Of a stretch of 64,000 nucleotides of DNA, positions 51,271 through 63,585 are shown in pieces. The notes under the pieces were generated by a model. It did not search any database, had not been told where the DNA came from, and was given only the letters and a program-made list of their open reading frames with translations. This stretch comes from Hormiphora californensis (lineage: Eukaryota; Animalia; Ctenophora): the NCBI GenBank assembly GCA_020137815.1, contig CM035355.1:124001-188000 (forward strand). The letters run 5' to 3'. How positions within the stretch are numbered: position 1 is the first letter of the stretch; each line of letters begins with the position of its first letter. Both the position numbers and the translations under genes were made by a program.

Positions 51271-52818
51271 GTCCCATATATTCTGTGGGTCGGTTGGCGA
51301 GCTGTCACGCAAAAACGGTGATAGTTGTGTGAAAACAAACTACGGGAGTGTGCTGGATTAATTCCTTCCTAACTGATGGCTTTGTTTTTAAATTAAATTT
51401 CAAAAGTTCATTTTTCATGAATGAACATTCCTGTCATTCATTCGTGAATTCTGAAATATTGTTTACCTTGAGTAAAAAACTTTTCTTTGGCTCGAAATTA
51501 TCTTTCCAATGAGCACCATAAAAATCAAATTGAAGCACCGGATCGCATGGCAGGTGAGAAAATGCAAATGCATGATTTTGGCCATTCCTGCGACTTTCGA
51601 TCAGCTGTATCACCGCTACTTTTCGTTCAATCCTTTTAAAAGTTTGGGTGAACATTGGTGAAGATAAGATCTTTGCTCACAAGAAAAATCAAGGTCAAAA
51701 CTCAAAGTTCATTTTTTATTTTTGGTAGTTCATTCCACTCATTCAGGAACAAACATCCCTAAAGTGACGAAAAGGTTTGGGGTTTTGTTTGGCCCATGTC
51801 CTGAAACGACAGAGAGGTGTAAAAACGTGTTTCCGGGCTAGTTAGTGGGTGTCCATGTGATCATTATGATATCTGACACCTTTGCTGAGCCATAATTAAG
51901 AGATTTTCTCAAATTCAAACATGGGATACGAGTATTCTGCGATTGGTATCGTGCACCAATAACAAGAGATCCCATAGCACCTCAAAAATTATGATTAGCT
52001 AAATGAAATGAGTTGATTTACGATTGAAAAGATTAAAACCAATGTAAAGTCGGACTAAACGAACATTTTCAAGCGTGAATCAACTCATTTCATTTAGCTA
52101 ATCATAATTTTTGAGGTGCTATGGGATCTCTTGTTATTGGTGCACGATACCAATCGCAGAATACTCGTATCCCATGTTTGAATTTGAGAAAATCTCTTAA
52201 TTATGGCTCAGCAAAGGTGTCAGATATCATAATGATCACATGGACACCCACTAACTAGCCCGGAAACACGTTTTTACACCTCTCTGTCGTTTCAGGACAT
52301 GGGCCAAACAAAACCCAAACCTTTTCGTCACTTTAGGGATGTTTGTTCCTGAATGAGTGGAATGAACTATCAAAAATAAAAAATGAACTTTGAGTTTTGA
52401 CCTTGATTTTTCTTGTGAGCAAAGATCTTATCTTCACCAATGTTCACCCAAACTTTTAAAAGGATTGAACCAAAAGTAGCGGTGATACAGCTGATTGAAA
52501 GTCGCAGGAATGGCCAAAATCATGCATTTGCATTTTCTCACCTGTCATGCGATCCGGTGCTTCAATTTGATTTTTATGGTGCTCATTGGAAAGATAATTT
52601 CGAGCCAAAGAAAAGTTTTTTACTCAAGGTAAACAATATTTCAGAATTCACGAATGAATGACAGGAATGTTCATTCGTGAAAAATGAACTTTTGAAATTT
52701 AATTTAAAAACAAAGCCATCAGTTAGGAAGGAATTAATCCAGCACACTCCCGTTTGTTTTCACACAACTATCACCGTTTTTGCGTGACAGCTCGCCAACC
52801 GACCCACAGAATATATGG
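51271..52818. mobile_element. ~1.55 kb near-perfect foldback (same family as 55066-62081)
   Basis: Arms of ~730 bp are reverse complements; left arm also at 36504-37305. Confidence 0.9.
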
Positions 52819-52821
52819 ATA

Positions 52822-53273
52822 CTAGAAAGCCCATTGTAGTCTTACAACAGCCCCCCCCCCCCCCCCCCCGTCTCTATATGTCTCTCTCCCCGTCTCAATC
52901 TTTGTCTCTCCATGTCGGGGTAAAAAATACGGAGGTTGGTGGTGGTAGAGCGCTGGTGATAAACATCAAGGGAAATCCCGCTGAATAACATGTAGAATGA
53001 GGTCATAAAGATCCGTTGAATTGTAGCTGTGTAGAGAATCAACGGGGTATGTAGGTAGAAAGGCTTTGACAATCATGGCAGCCCCAGCAGTAGATCCCAA
53101 AACACCACAGGAAAACCGCAGGAACACGAAACAAACAACAAACAACATGCACGTGCAGTATCCCCCTCCAATACCCCTCCCAAGCCACCTCCTTGGCAAC
53201 CCCCTTCTATTTGCACGTGTGATACTCCATCATACTCCTCATCACGCCACGCATTTGCAAATTATAATAAGGA
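52822..53273 (-). mobile_element. Non-autonomous Helitron
   Basis: A|TC ... CTAG|T on the minus strand; family of 44361-44799. Confidence 0.7.
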
Positions 53274-53409
53274 TATATATATATATTAAGTCCAAAAACC
53301 AATTAAATAAATTAGTTTGGATGCCCGGGCCCATGTGGTGTCACGGGGGTAACACCTTTAGGCTACTGCCATAATTAACGGCATATCTCGTTAATTGTTA
53401 ATTGTTATC

Positions 53410-53459
53410 CTTCAATCTGTCTATCTCTATCTATCTCTCTCAGTCTCTCTCTCGCACAC

Positions 53460-53523
<64 letters not shown>

Positions 53524-53600
53524 ACTGTTTCTTTCACTATACCTCTCTTTTTTTCTCTCTCCTCTTATTTATCTCTTCGTCTTTCTTGATTATATCGCAC
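53410..53600 (+). repeat. (CT)n tract flanked by ~85 bp inverted repeats (53288-53372 / 53650-53735)
   Basis: Direct; a third copy of the flank at 63253-63352. Confidence 0.8.
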
Positions 53601-53809
53601 TCTTTCTATCCTAATTTCCTTTGTCTTTATCTCTCCCGATATCCATCATTTATGACAGTAGCCTAAAGGTGTTACCCCCGTGACACCACATGGGCCCGGG
53701 CATCCAAACTAATTTATTTAATTGGTTTTTGGACTTAATTTCTGTTCTATTTGGTGTAAAATAGAAAAAGCTATTTTTTTCTGGTTTCTGCATATTTTCG
53801 AATTTGAAT

Positions 53810-54385
53810 AATTCATAAATATACGAATAACGACTAAACGGTGAGAGATACGACTTTTTGTTAGGGGGACGACCCCCCATAAATCGACTATTTTGCGCCG
53901 GAATATGTCCATGAAAACGTTCTAGGACCAGCCGAAGTGGACATATTAAGAATATGCATTAAATCATGAATCGGTGCATAAATATGCAACTAACGGCTTA
54001 ACGGTGCGAGATAGAGATTTTTGTCCCGAGTAAGACCCCCCATAAATCGATTATTTTGCGTCGAAATATGTCCATGAAAACGTTCTAAGACCAGCCGAAC
54101 TGGAAATATTTAGAATATGCATAAAATCATGAATCGGTGCATAAATATGCAAATAACGGCTAAACGGTGCGAGATACGACTTTTTGTCCGGGGGACGACC
54201 CCCCATAAATCGACTATTTTACGTCGAAATATGTCCATGAAAACGTTCTAGGACCAGCTGAAGTGAAAATATTGAAAATATGCATAAAATCGTGAATAGG
54301 TGCATAAATATGCAAATAACGGCTTAACGGTGCGAGATAGAGATTTTTGTCCCGAGTAAGACCCCCCATAAATCGATGATTCCGC
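53810..54385 (+). repeat. ~162 bp tandem array
   Basis: Same unit as 9330-9900. Confidence 0.75.
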
Positions 54386-55011
54386 GTCGTCTAAGACCGG
54401 TTTCAAGTCTTTATGACCTTCGAGTCGTGTCATATCGCGACCATGGTTTAAATGAATATTTAATGACTAATTAATGAATAATTAATGAACTATGGCGATT
54501 TTGAAGTTCTCACACAGCTATTACCGAGCGTAATGATGTAAGGAACCACTGTTCCAAACGGCAAGTCTCTACTATTTGTGGTTTAGGAGAACACTCAAAG
54601 ATAAAAAAGCGTCCTCCCCCCCTCCCCCTCCCCCTCCCCCTCCCCCTCCCCTCCTTTACATTTTTGCATTTTGGGACCCCTCTGGCAAATTTTTACCTTA
54701 CATCCGATCGTTCTGAAAATTTGCATGCCTCTTCTCCTATATGAGGGCACTCAGAGTACAAAATTTCAGCTCTCTACTTCATCTGGAACATGCTTTTTTA
54801 AAGCATCAAAAACCCCGAAATCTGCAATGGTATATAGTAGCACTGGCAGGTTTTCACACGCTTGTGTGTAGAAGTGTTGTGTGTGCTCTCTCTTTTGTTT
54901 TTTGAGTTAGAGGGTATTTCTAAGGTGGGGGCTCTGCCCCCACACCCCCGTTTATGGTGGGGGCTGTGCCCCCACACCCCCCTTTTGGGCCCGGGGCACT
55001 TGCCAGTGCTA

Positions 55012-55069
<58 letters not shown>

Positions 55070-55834
55070 GGTGTCCCATATATTCTCCGGGTCGGTTGGC
55101 GAGCTGTCACGCAAAAACGGTGATAGTTGTGTGAAAAAAAACTGCGGGAGTGTGCTGGATTAATTCCTTCCTAACTGATGGCTTTGTTTTAAAATTAAAT
55201 TTCAAAAGTTCATTTTTCATGAATGAACATTGCGGCCGTTCATTCATGAATTCTGAAATATTGTTTACCTTGAGTAAGTAACTTTTCTTTGGCTCGCAAT
55301 TATCTTTCCATTGGGCACCATAAAACTCAAATTGAAGCACCAGGTCACATGACAGTTGAGAAAATGAACATGCATGATTTTGGCTCTTTTTGCGACTTTC
55401 AATCGGCTGTATCACCGCTACCTTACCTTCAATCTTTTTGAAACTTTGGGTGAACATTGGATAAGCAAAGATCTTTGCTCACAAGAAAAATCAAGGTCAA
55501 AACTCAAAGTTCATTTTTAAGTTTTGGTAGTTCATTCCGCTCATTCAGTAACCAACAACCCTAAAGTAGGGTGCTCCAAATTATCCAAAAAATTTTAAAT
55601 TTCTCTAACTTTTTTTTAGGTGTGAGGTTTAGTGAGAAAAGCAATTTCCCAAATTTTTTTTGAAATCGGAACTCATTTAGGCTAATCACACGACTAATTA
55701 CGTAATTAGCCATCGCGCAGGAAGTACAACTTCCATTTTGACGTATTTCACCCTTTGGACGATGTTATGAGTTCCAAAATAGCTTGATGACTCTTCTGAA
55801 TGACTTGCTTCTACCTTAGATGCACCCTAGTGAC

Positions 55835-58800
55835 GGTGCACCCTAGTGGCGGTGGCGGTTTTTCTGTCCACTAGAAAGGGCTCTGAGCCCCGGACAACAT
55901 TTGGCGAAGGGGTTCATCCCAGGGTCTACGATGTGAAGTCTAAAACCTCTCGTATTCCAAGTACCGTGGTGCGTGATGAAGAATCACATCCCTCACAAGG
56001 TGCCACTGTTAATCGCTTTTCTGTCCTGGGTGATACCAGACTAAACAGATAAACGAAACGGAACACCACGGTACTAAACCAGTAAAGGTTGAAAAACAAT
56101 CCGTTGCGGGAGCTAGCAAACTCCCGTACCGTATCGGCCTGCTTACTCCTGTCTCTCCTGGAACGTTATCATGGTTGATTCTGGTGAGAGTGGCCGATTT
56201 ATCTTTAGGGGTTGGATCAGTTCCTGCGGTTTCCGGTGATGGACCAGTGGCGCGGCATCATCGGTTATGGAGGGTGCTATTATTGCCTACCTGAGAGGGG
56301 GGACCCTCTCTGTACCCTCCTAGCCATCTGAAAAGCAATCTAATGAAGTTCACCTATAGCGCCAGGGTTAAAGCCCCTGATATTCTTGCGGAGGCCAATG
56401 GCGCCCTTGAAGTGGTAGGCTTAAAGCCTTCGGGAGGGCCTGCTACAGATGGCCGGAGGTCCGAGCCGGAACAGAAAAAAGAACCAAAAAACCCCTTAAA
56501 AACTATAAAAAAATCTAGGATTTTAGGGTGTGATAGTGAGACTACAGAAATACCAAAAACATTTGGGATTATTGGTTGTAGGAGGGAAACGGTCGTGGGT
56601 ACTTTGAATGTGAGGACTATACGGGATGATTGTCGGAGGGAGGTTATGGTGAGCAGGTTTCTGAGTAGTGGTGTGGGTGTTATGGGTGTGCAGGAGCACA
56701 GGATCTGTCATGGCGAGGACGTGCAAGTGGAGAGAGGGAGAGGATTCTGTTTTGTATCTTCGTCGGCGTGGAGGAGTGGTTCTGGTGCAGCGTGTGGCGG
56801 GGTTGGGATGTTTCTGACAGAGGAAGCGTACAGGGCAGTGAAACTGGTGAAACCCTACACTAAGAGGATCCTCCTGGTTAGTTTCTCTGGTAACCCTGCT
56901 CTTACCGTAGTTTGTGTGTACTCTCCTACAGAGGGGAGTGATGCTGAGGAGGCTTCGTTGTTTCATCAGGATCTGCGTGCGGCTATTCATGAGGTTCCAG
57001 CGCATGATGTTCTGTTAGTAGTGGGTGACGTGAATGCTCACCTATCTAGGACGTCACCTGAGGACTCCGGCTTCTATCTCCATCCTACCTCCAACAGGAA
57101 TGGGACCCTCTTGCGTGACACTATGGTTGAGTGTGACCTTGTCGCCGGAAATCATCTGTTCCAGAAGAAGGCATCTAAGCTTCATACTTTCACCAGTGAT
57201 GGTACCCTCTGCAAGAGTCAGATCGACTATATTCTGGTCAGGAGTAAGTGGCGGAACTCTCTGCGGAACCTTGAGGTGGTGGACTCCTTCGGGGATGTCG
57301 GCTCAGATCACCGTGCAGTACTGGGTTTCATACGGCTGAGTCTCCGGAAGACAAAACGACCCAAGGGCCAGATCAGATATGACTTCACTCAGCTGAAGGA
57401 GGATACTGATTTACAGGACGAGTACAGTGTAGAGGTGAACAATCGTTTTGATGTTCTGAAGCAGGATGTGGAACTGAATGACGGTTCTGGGAGGTACGGG
57501 GCATTCGTTACAGCTGTCACTGAGACTAACAGTCGTTTGCTCCCCCGCAAGAGGAAACGAACCCATGACACAGCGATGGATGACCCTAGAGTTCAGACAG
57601 ACCGCGAGGAGTTATTTGTGGCAAAAAGGGCTTTCTTTCATGACCCCACGGAGGAGAGTAGGTGTGTGGTCAGTGAGAAGAAGGAGGCTCTTAGTGCTAC
57701 ACATGCCCTGGTGACTGAGGAGATTGTTAGTAGGAAAATAAGGCGTGTGGAGGCGGCCACTGATGAGAGGAAAAGTAAGGAGGCTTGGGATCTTATTAGA
57801 GATGTTACCGGAGGTGGTCGTCCTGGTGGTCTTGTGGAGGGTGGCAGCGCGGAAGGAAGGTTAGAATCGTGGAGGAACCATTTCTCTGGGATACTGGGCG
57901 CCCCGCCTGATGTCCCTGATGAGGACCTGACAGTTCACACGGTTAGTGAGGAACTTCCCATTTCTACCGACCGGTTCACTGCAGAGGAGTTTGATACTGC
58001 TAGGAGGTCGATCAAAGAAGGCAAGGCGTCGGGTGATGATGGTGTTGCACCGGAGGTGTTGAAGAGAGGAGGAGTCAGTGAGATCATGCTGGACTTCTAC
58101 AACGATGCTCTGGAGAATGGTAGCTTCCCGGATCAGTGGAGGAATCTCCTTATAGTCCCTGTTCCTAAAAAGGGCGACCTCACCAAAACTGGGAACTACA
58201 GGGGGATCTCTCTTACTTCTGTGGCTCTAAAGACCCTTAATAAGATTATCCTTAACCGGTTACTGCCCCACGTTGAGCCACTTCTGAGGGACAACCAAAA
58301 CGGTTTCCGCCCTGGACGTTCAACAACGTCCCACATCCTGGCTCTGCGGCGGTTACTGGAAGGTGTAACTGAGCGTAAACTTACCTCAGTTATACTATTT
58401 GTTGATTTTAAACGGGCCTTCGATTCAATACACAGAGGAACCCTTATGCGTATCCTGAGAGCCTACGGGATCCCGGAGAAGCTAGTTAGTCTGATCGAGT
58501 GCTCCTACCGGGACACCATCGCCCGGGTCAAAACGGAGGATGGTCTTACTGAAGCCATTGCTATTCTGGCAGGCGTACTGCAGGGGGACACTCTGGCACC
58601 ATACCTCTTCATCATCGTCATCGATTACGTCATGAGGCAGGCTCTGGAGGGTAAGGACTTTGGCTTCACAATCACCAGGCGAAGGAGTCGTCGTCATCCC
58701 GAGGTGAAGATCTCTGACACCGACTATGCGGACGATCTGTCACTGCTAGCCGATACGATCGACGAGGCTCAGGAGTTTCTTCTGAGTCTGGAGAGTGCTG

Positions 58801-59494
58801 CTGCAGCGGTTGGTTTACATCTCAACGAGGGGAAGACCAAGTTTATGGCCACTGGATATGAGGAGCCCTCCCTCGTGACTGCGAGTGGTAGGCAACTGGA
58901 ATGGGTGGATGACTTCGTCTACCTGGGTGCTCATCTCCGGTCCACAGAGCACGATTTCAATGTAAGGAAGGCCAAGGCCTGGGCGGCTTGTCATCGCTTG
59001 AGGAGTGTATGGAAGACTGACATGAGGAGGAGTTGCAAGGTTAATCTGTTCAGAACAACAGTGGAAGCCATACTACTCTATGGAGCAGAGACCTGGACAC
59101 TTACAGCTAGTCTGGAAAAACGCCTGGATGGATGTCATAGTAACATGCTGAGAATGGCACTGGGTATCAATTGGTGGGACAAGGTGCGGAATGAGGACGT
59201 CTATCAGAATACTCCCAGGGCATCTGAAACTGTCCGAGCTCGCAGATTAAGGCTGGCTGGTCATATACAGCGCCATCCCGAGCTTACTGCTCACCAGCTT
59301 CTTTTCTGGGAGCCGGACAGAGGGAATCGTAGCAGGGGGAGGCCCCAGAAGACTTTCCTTAAGCAAATCAGGGACGATACTGGTCTTGCATCCGATAACG
59401 AGATAAAGGAGCTTATGCAAAACCGGGAGCTGTGGCGGACTGATATAGTTGCTCGGACATGGAAGCCGCCCTAAGTCAAGTAAGTCAGTAAGTC
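55835..59494 (+). mobile_element. Full-length RTE-clade LINE
   Basis: 6-bp TSD agtgac (55829-55834, 59495-59500); ~500 nt 5'UTR; tail taagtcaagtaagtcagtaagtc; empty site visible in the mirror arm ~60500. Confidence 0.92.
56343..59474 (+). CDS. RTE endonuclease-reverse transcriptase, 1043 aa, intact
   Basis: NVRT, QEHR, GDVNA, IDYIL, SDH; NYRGISL, QNGFR, DFKRAFD, GVLQGD, YADD, LNEGKT, YLG, LLYGAETW, RGRP. Confidence 0.95.
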   Translation: MKFTYSARVKAPDILAEANGALEVVGLKPSGGPATDGRRSEPEQKKEPKNPLKTIKKSRILGCDSETTEIPKTFGIIGCRRETVVGTLNVRTIRDDCRREVMVSRFLSSGVGVMGVQEHRICHGEDVQVERGRGFCFVSSSAWRSGSGAACGGVGMFLTEEAYRAVKLVKPYTKRILLVSFSGNPALTVVCVYSPTEGSDAEEASLFHQDLRAAIHEVPAHDVLLVVGDVNAHLSRTSPEDSGFYLHPTSNRNGTLLRDTMVECDLVAGNHLFQKKASKLHTFTSDGTLCKSQIDYILVRSKWRNSLRNLEVVDSFGDVGSDHRAVLGFIRLSLRKTKRPKGQIRYDFTQLKEDTDLQDEYSVEVNNRFDVLKQDVELNDGSGRYGAFVTAVTETNSRLLPRKRKRTHDTAMDDPRVQTDREELFVAKRAFFHDPTEESRCVVSEKKEALSATHALVTEEIVSRKIRRVEAATDERKSKEAWDLIRDVTGGGRPGGLVEGGSAEGRLESWRNHFSGILGAPPDVPDEDLTVHTVSEELPISTDRFTAEEFDTARRSIKEGKASGDDGVAPEVLKRGGVSEIMLDFYNDALENGSFPDQWRNLLIVPVPKKGDLTKTGNYRGISLTSVALKTLNKIILNRLLPHVEPLLRDNQNGFRPGRSTTSHILALRRLLEGVTERKLTSVILFVDFKRAFDSIHRGTLMRILRAYGIPEKLVSLIECSYRDTIARVKTEDGLTEAIAILAGVLQGDTLAPYLFIIVIDYVMRQALEGKDFGFTITRRRSRRHPEVKISDTDYADDLSLLADTIDEAQEFLLSLESAAAAVGLHLNEGKTKFMATGYEEPSLVTASGRQLEWVDDFVYLGAHLRSTEHDFNVRKAKAWAACHRLRSVWKTDMRRSCKVNLFRTTVEAILLYGAETWTLTASLEKRLDGCHSNMLRMALGINWWDKVRNEDVYQNTPRASETVRARRLRLAGHIQRHPELTAHQLLFWEPDRGNRSRGRPQKTFLKQIRDDTGLASDNEIKELMQNRELWRTDIVARTWKPP

Positions 59495-62453
59495 AGTGAC
59501 CGAAGATGCCATAACAGGACATGCCAAATATGCCATAGCAGGGTACGCGTGGCTTGCCAGCGCATATTGTATAAGACTTCATTTTATGCCTTTCTGGGGT
59601 CTTTCCATGTGACCTTTGTTGTTGATTTTGTTGTTATAGAGGCCCATAGATGTCAAAAGAGGTGCATAGGTGGCCATAGAGACCCTTAGAGGCATATGAA
59701 GGCCTCTGCAGGCCCATAGAGGCCCATATACGTACATAGTAGTCTACAGAGGTTCATAGAGTCCCCTGGAAGGGCCATACAGACCCATAGAGTTCTATAG
59801 CGGCGTTCAGAGATTCAGAGAGGTCTCTTAGAGGGGCATGCATTGCTGTAGAGGTCCATAGGGATCCATAAAAGGCCCATAGAGGTCCATGGAGGCCCAT
59901 AGAGGTCCATAGAGGCTATAAAGGACCTGAATGGGCCTCTATGGAGTCTCTATGGATCTAGATGGGCATCTTAGGCCCTCAATCGGTCTCTATGGTACTC
60001 TAGGGTGCCTAAACGGGACTGTATAAGTCCATAGTAATCTGTACTGGCCACAATAAGTCTTCATGACCCTATAAAGGCCTCATTGAACCTCTTGGAGCCG
60101 CGATGGAACTCTACAGGCTTCTGTGGACCCCCATGAACATCTACGAAGTCTCCAGAGAGGTCTCTTAGAGCTCTAAGAGACCTCTCTGGATCTCTGAACG
60201 CTGCTATAGAACTATATGGGTCTTTATGGTCCTTCAAGGGGACTCTATGAACCTCTGTAGACTGCTATGTACGTATATGGGCCTCTATGGGCCTGCAGAG
60301 GCCTTCATGGGCCTCTAAGGGTCTCTATGGCCACCTATGCACCTCTTTTGACATCTATGGGCCTCTATAACAACAAAATCAACAACAAAGGTCACATGGA
60401 AAGACCCCAGAAAGGCATAAAATGAAGTCTTATCCAATATGCGCTGGCAAGCCACGCGTTCCCTGCTATGGCATATTTGGCATGTCTTGTTATGGCATCT
60501 TCGGTCACTAGGGTGCATCTAAGGTGGAAGCAAGTCATTCAGAAGAGTCATCAAGCTATTTTGGAACTCATAACATCGTCCAAAGGGTGAAATACGTCAA
60601 AATGAAAGTTGTACTTCCCGCGCGATGGCTAATTACGTAATTAGCCATGTGATTAGCCTAAATGAGTTCCGATTTCAAAAAAAAATTGGGAAATTGCTTT
60701 TCTCACTAAACCTCACACCTAAAAAAAAGTTAGAGTTGCTACTTCAAAAATTTTTTCCCTGCCCGGGTGAATGCCGAATGTCAAAAGCTGGTTAGCAAGT
60801 GTCATGTGATTGGGAGTTAGCTAACTCTAAGCTATGTGAGAAGTATACTGACAGCTAGATCGTATGCATCTCACATTACATTATGACCAAGCCTTGATCC
60901 TGTTGGCAGTGACAATGTCACTGACATGTGAAACGGTAGGGCAGGGAAACACAGCATTATGAATACATAATGCAATAATTCTTGTTTAAAAATGGATAAT
61001 TTGGAGCACCCTACCCTAAAGTGATGGAAAAGTGTTGGATTTTGTTTGGCCAATGTCCTGCAATGACAGAGAGGTGTGGTAACGTGTTTCCGGGCTAGTT
61101 AGTGGGTGTCCATGTGATCTTGGTGATACGTCCTGACACCTTCACTGAGCAATAATCAAGGGATTTTCACGAATAGAATTCAAGCATGTGATTTGGGTTT
61201 TCTGCGATTGGTATCGTGCAGCAATGTTAAGAGATCTCATAGCCCCTCGAAAATGATGGTTAGTTCAATGAAATGAGTTGATTTATGATCGAAAATGGTC
61301 GTTGAGTTCAATGTGGCATCGGTTTTAATATTATTGATCATAAATCAACTCAATTTATTTTTGAGGTGCTATGTGATCTCTCAAGATTGCTGCACGATAC
61401 CAATCGCAGTAGACCCGAATCACATGCTTTAATTCGAGAAAATCCCTTGATTATTGCTCAGTGAAGGTGTCAGGTATCACCAAGATCACATGGACACCCA
61501 CTAACTAGCCCGGAAACACGTTACCACACCTCTCTGTCATTGCAGGACATTGGCCAAACAAAATCCAACACTTTTCCATCACTTTAGGGTTGTTGGTTAC
61601 TGAATGAGCGGAATGAACTACCAAAACTTAAAAATGAACTTTGAGTTTTAACCTTGATTTTTCTTGTGAGCAAAGATCTTTGCTTATCCAATGTTCACCC
61701 AAAGTTTCAAAAAGATTGAAGGTAAGGTAGCGGTGATACAGCCGATTGAAAGTCGCAAAAAGAGCCAAAATCATGCATGTTCATTTTCTCAACTGTCATG
61801 TGACCTGGTGCTTCAATTTGAGTTTTATGGTGCCCAATGGAAAGATAATTGCGAGCCAAAGAAAAGTTACTTACTCAAGGTAAACAATATTTCAGAATTC
61901 ATGAATGAACGGCCGCAATGTTCATTCATGAAAAATGAACTTTTGAAATTTAATTTTAAAACAAAGCCATCAGTTAGGAAGAAATTAATCCAGCACACTC
62001 CCGCAGTTTTTTTTCACACAACTATCACCGTTTTTACGTGACAGCTCGCCAACCGACCCGGAGAATATATGGGACACCCTGTATATATACACCAGAGGAT
62101 TCAGATTGACTGATGAAACTAGTTGTGTTTTATTAACCCCTCGTCTCCCTCCTTCACACATATATATATATCTGGAATCTGGAGCACCAACCTGACACTC
62201 TCTGTCCTTGGATGTCGCCAGGTTGATGCTCCAACATTCCTACGCACCGGGAAACTCGTGCGGAATTATCTTCGACCGTGTCAAAAACCGTGTCACACAT
62301 TATCATACCGAGCAATAGTTTAGTATATCCAGAGTATCTAACAATACTTCTTTCGTATGTAGTTCGTATCGCATCACCGACAACTGAAATTAACGCTTAA
62401 TATTAATAGGGCCAGATAGAGGTCGTGTTGACTACATTTTGGTGGGTGCTGAA

Positions 62454-63459
62454 GGTGACCTACAACTATGGCTCATGCAACTATAGCTCATAGAATCTAT
62501 GAGCCATAGTTGTATGCAACTATGGCTCATAGATTCTATGAGCCATAGATGTATACAACTATGGCTCATAGTAATTTGATATTAAAGAAAACACGGTGAC
62601 TTTTGGGGCTGTGGCATTGCCACCACAGTTGAATTTAATTCGAATGGCTCATTTCCCCAATACAATAAGCATCCTACAACACATTTGGTTAGAATAAATC
62701 ATACAGATAAGTAGCTAACTAATATATCTAGGATTATGATTATTAATAGAAAGATAGATCGATAGAAAAATAGAGATATGTGTATTGAGTATAGAACAAG
62801 AATTATTTGCATTATGTATCCATAATGCTACGTTTCCCTGCCCTCTTCGATTTGCCATTCAACTAGCCCAACAAGTAAGCTGTCCGCAAAATGAGGATTT
62901 GTGTTTTTCGAATTTTTGAACAAAACGCAGAACAGATTTTTCAATTTCTCCATTTTCCCCAATCAAAACGTGCGGCCGATATAAAACAAATTTTGCCGCA
63001 CATTACAGTTTATAGCCGCACGCCCCTCATAAAATTTCAATTGTTTGCACGTGCGCATGTTACTCCGCAAGTGTCAGATAGCGCGCCGCGAGGTTGCCCC
63101 TCGCAACGAAAGTGTGACCAAAAAGGTCCCTCTACCGATTAGTTAGTTCGTTTTCGAATTCTAACCCTGCTATGCCTTTTTACAAAGTAAAAAGGCATCC
63201 GGGTGAATGCCTTCGGCATTCACCCGGGCAGGGAAAAAATAAACGAGATATGCCATCATTTATGACAGTAGCCTAAAGGTTTTACCCCTGGGACACCACA
63301 TGGGCCCGGGCCCGGGCATCCAAACTAATTTATTAAATTAGTTTTAGGACTAAATCAGAACACATTTCTATGAACCAATGAGCTATAATAGTTGTATGAG
63401 TCTATGGCTCACAGAATCTATGAGAGCTATAGTTGTGTGAGCCATAGCTGTAGGTAATC
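62454..63459. mobile_element. TIR element with ctatggctcatag subrepeats, 8-9 bp TSD (MULE-like, tentative)
   Basis: (g)gtgctgaa|ggtgacctacaactatggctca ... tgagccatagctgtaggtaatc|(a)gtgctgaa. Confidence 0.65.
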
Positions 63460-63585
63460 AGTGCTGAAAACCCATAATAGCTTTATTAAAGAGAGAGATT
63501 AGTTCTATGCGCATTTTGCCTTTTTGCCGCTCAAAATCGACCCATCCATCACTGAGATATTTTTGTTACTCTCGGGGAATCAGTA

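Larger units (their letters stand above)
55567..61013. mobile_element. hAT-like palindromic non-autonomous element, 8-bp TSD
   Basis: ccctaaag|tagggtgctccaaattatcc ... ggataatttggagcaccctA|ccctaaag. Confidence 0.88.
55066..62081. mobile_element. Tc1/mariner-like foldback (TA TSD, inserted in a (TA)n tract) hosting nested elements
   Basis: ta|cagggtgtcccatatattctccggg ... cccggagaatatatgggacaccctg|ta. Confidence 0.88.

Noticed and set aside
55107-55457. Recurrent 70-125 aa ORFs (MFTQSFKK..., MRFCRSKS..., MRLIIEIE...)
   Set aside because: Chance ORFs in MITE or foldback arms and duplicated repeats; no domain motifs
55970-56075. Hammerhead in the RTE UTR (gtgatga ... cgaaac)
   Set aside because: Core lacks the conserved C and the stems do not fit the topology
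62192-62239. Possible 48-nt phase-0 exon (ECWSINLATSKDRECQ)
   Set aside because: Weak acceptor and overlaps a small inverted repeat; insufficient support
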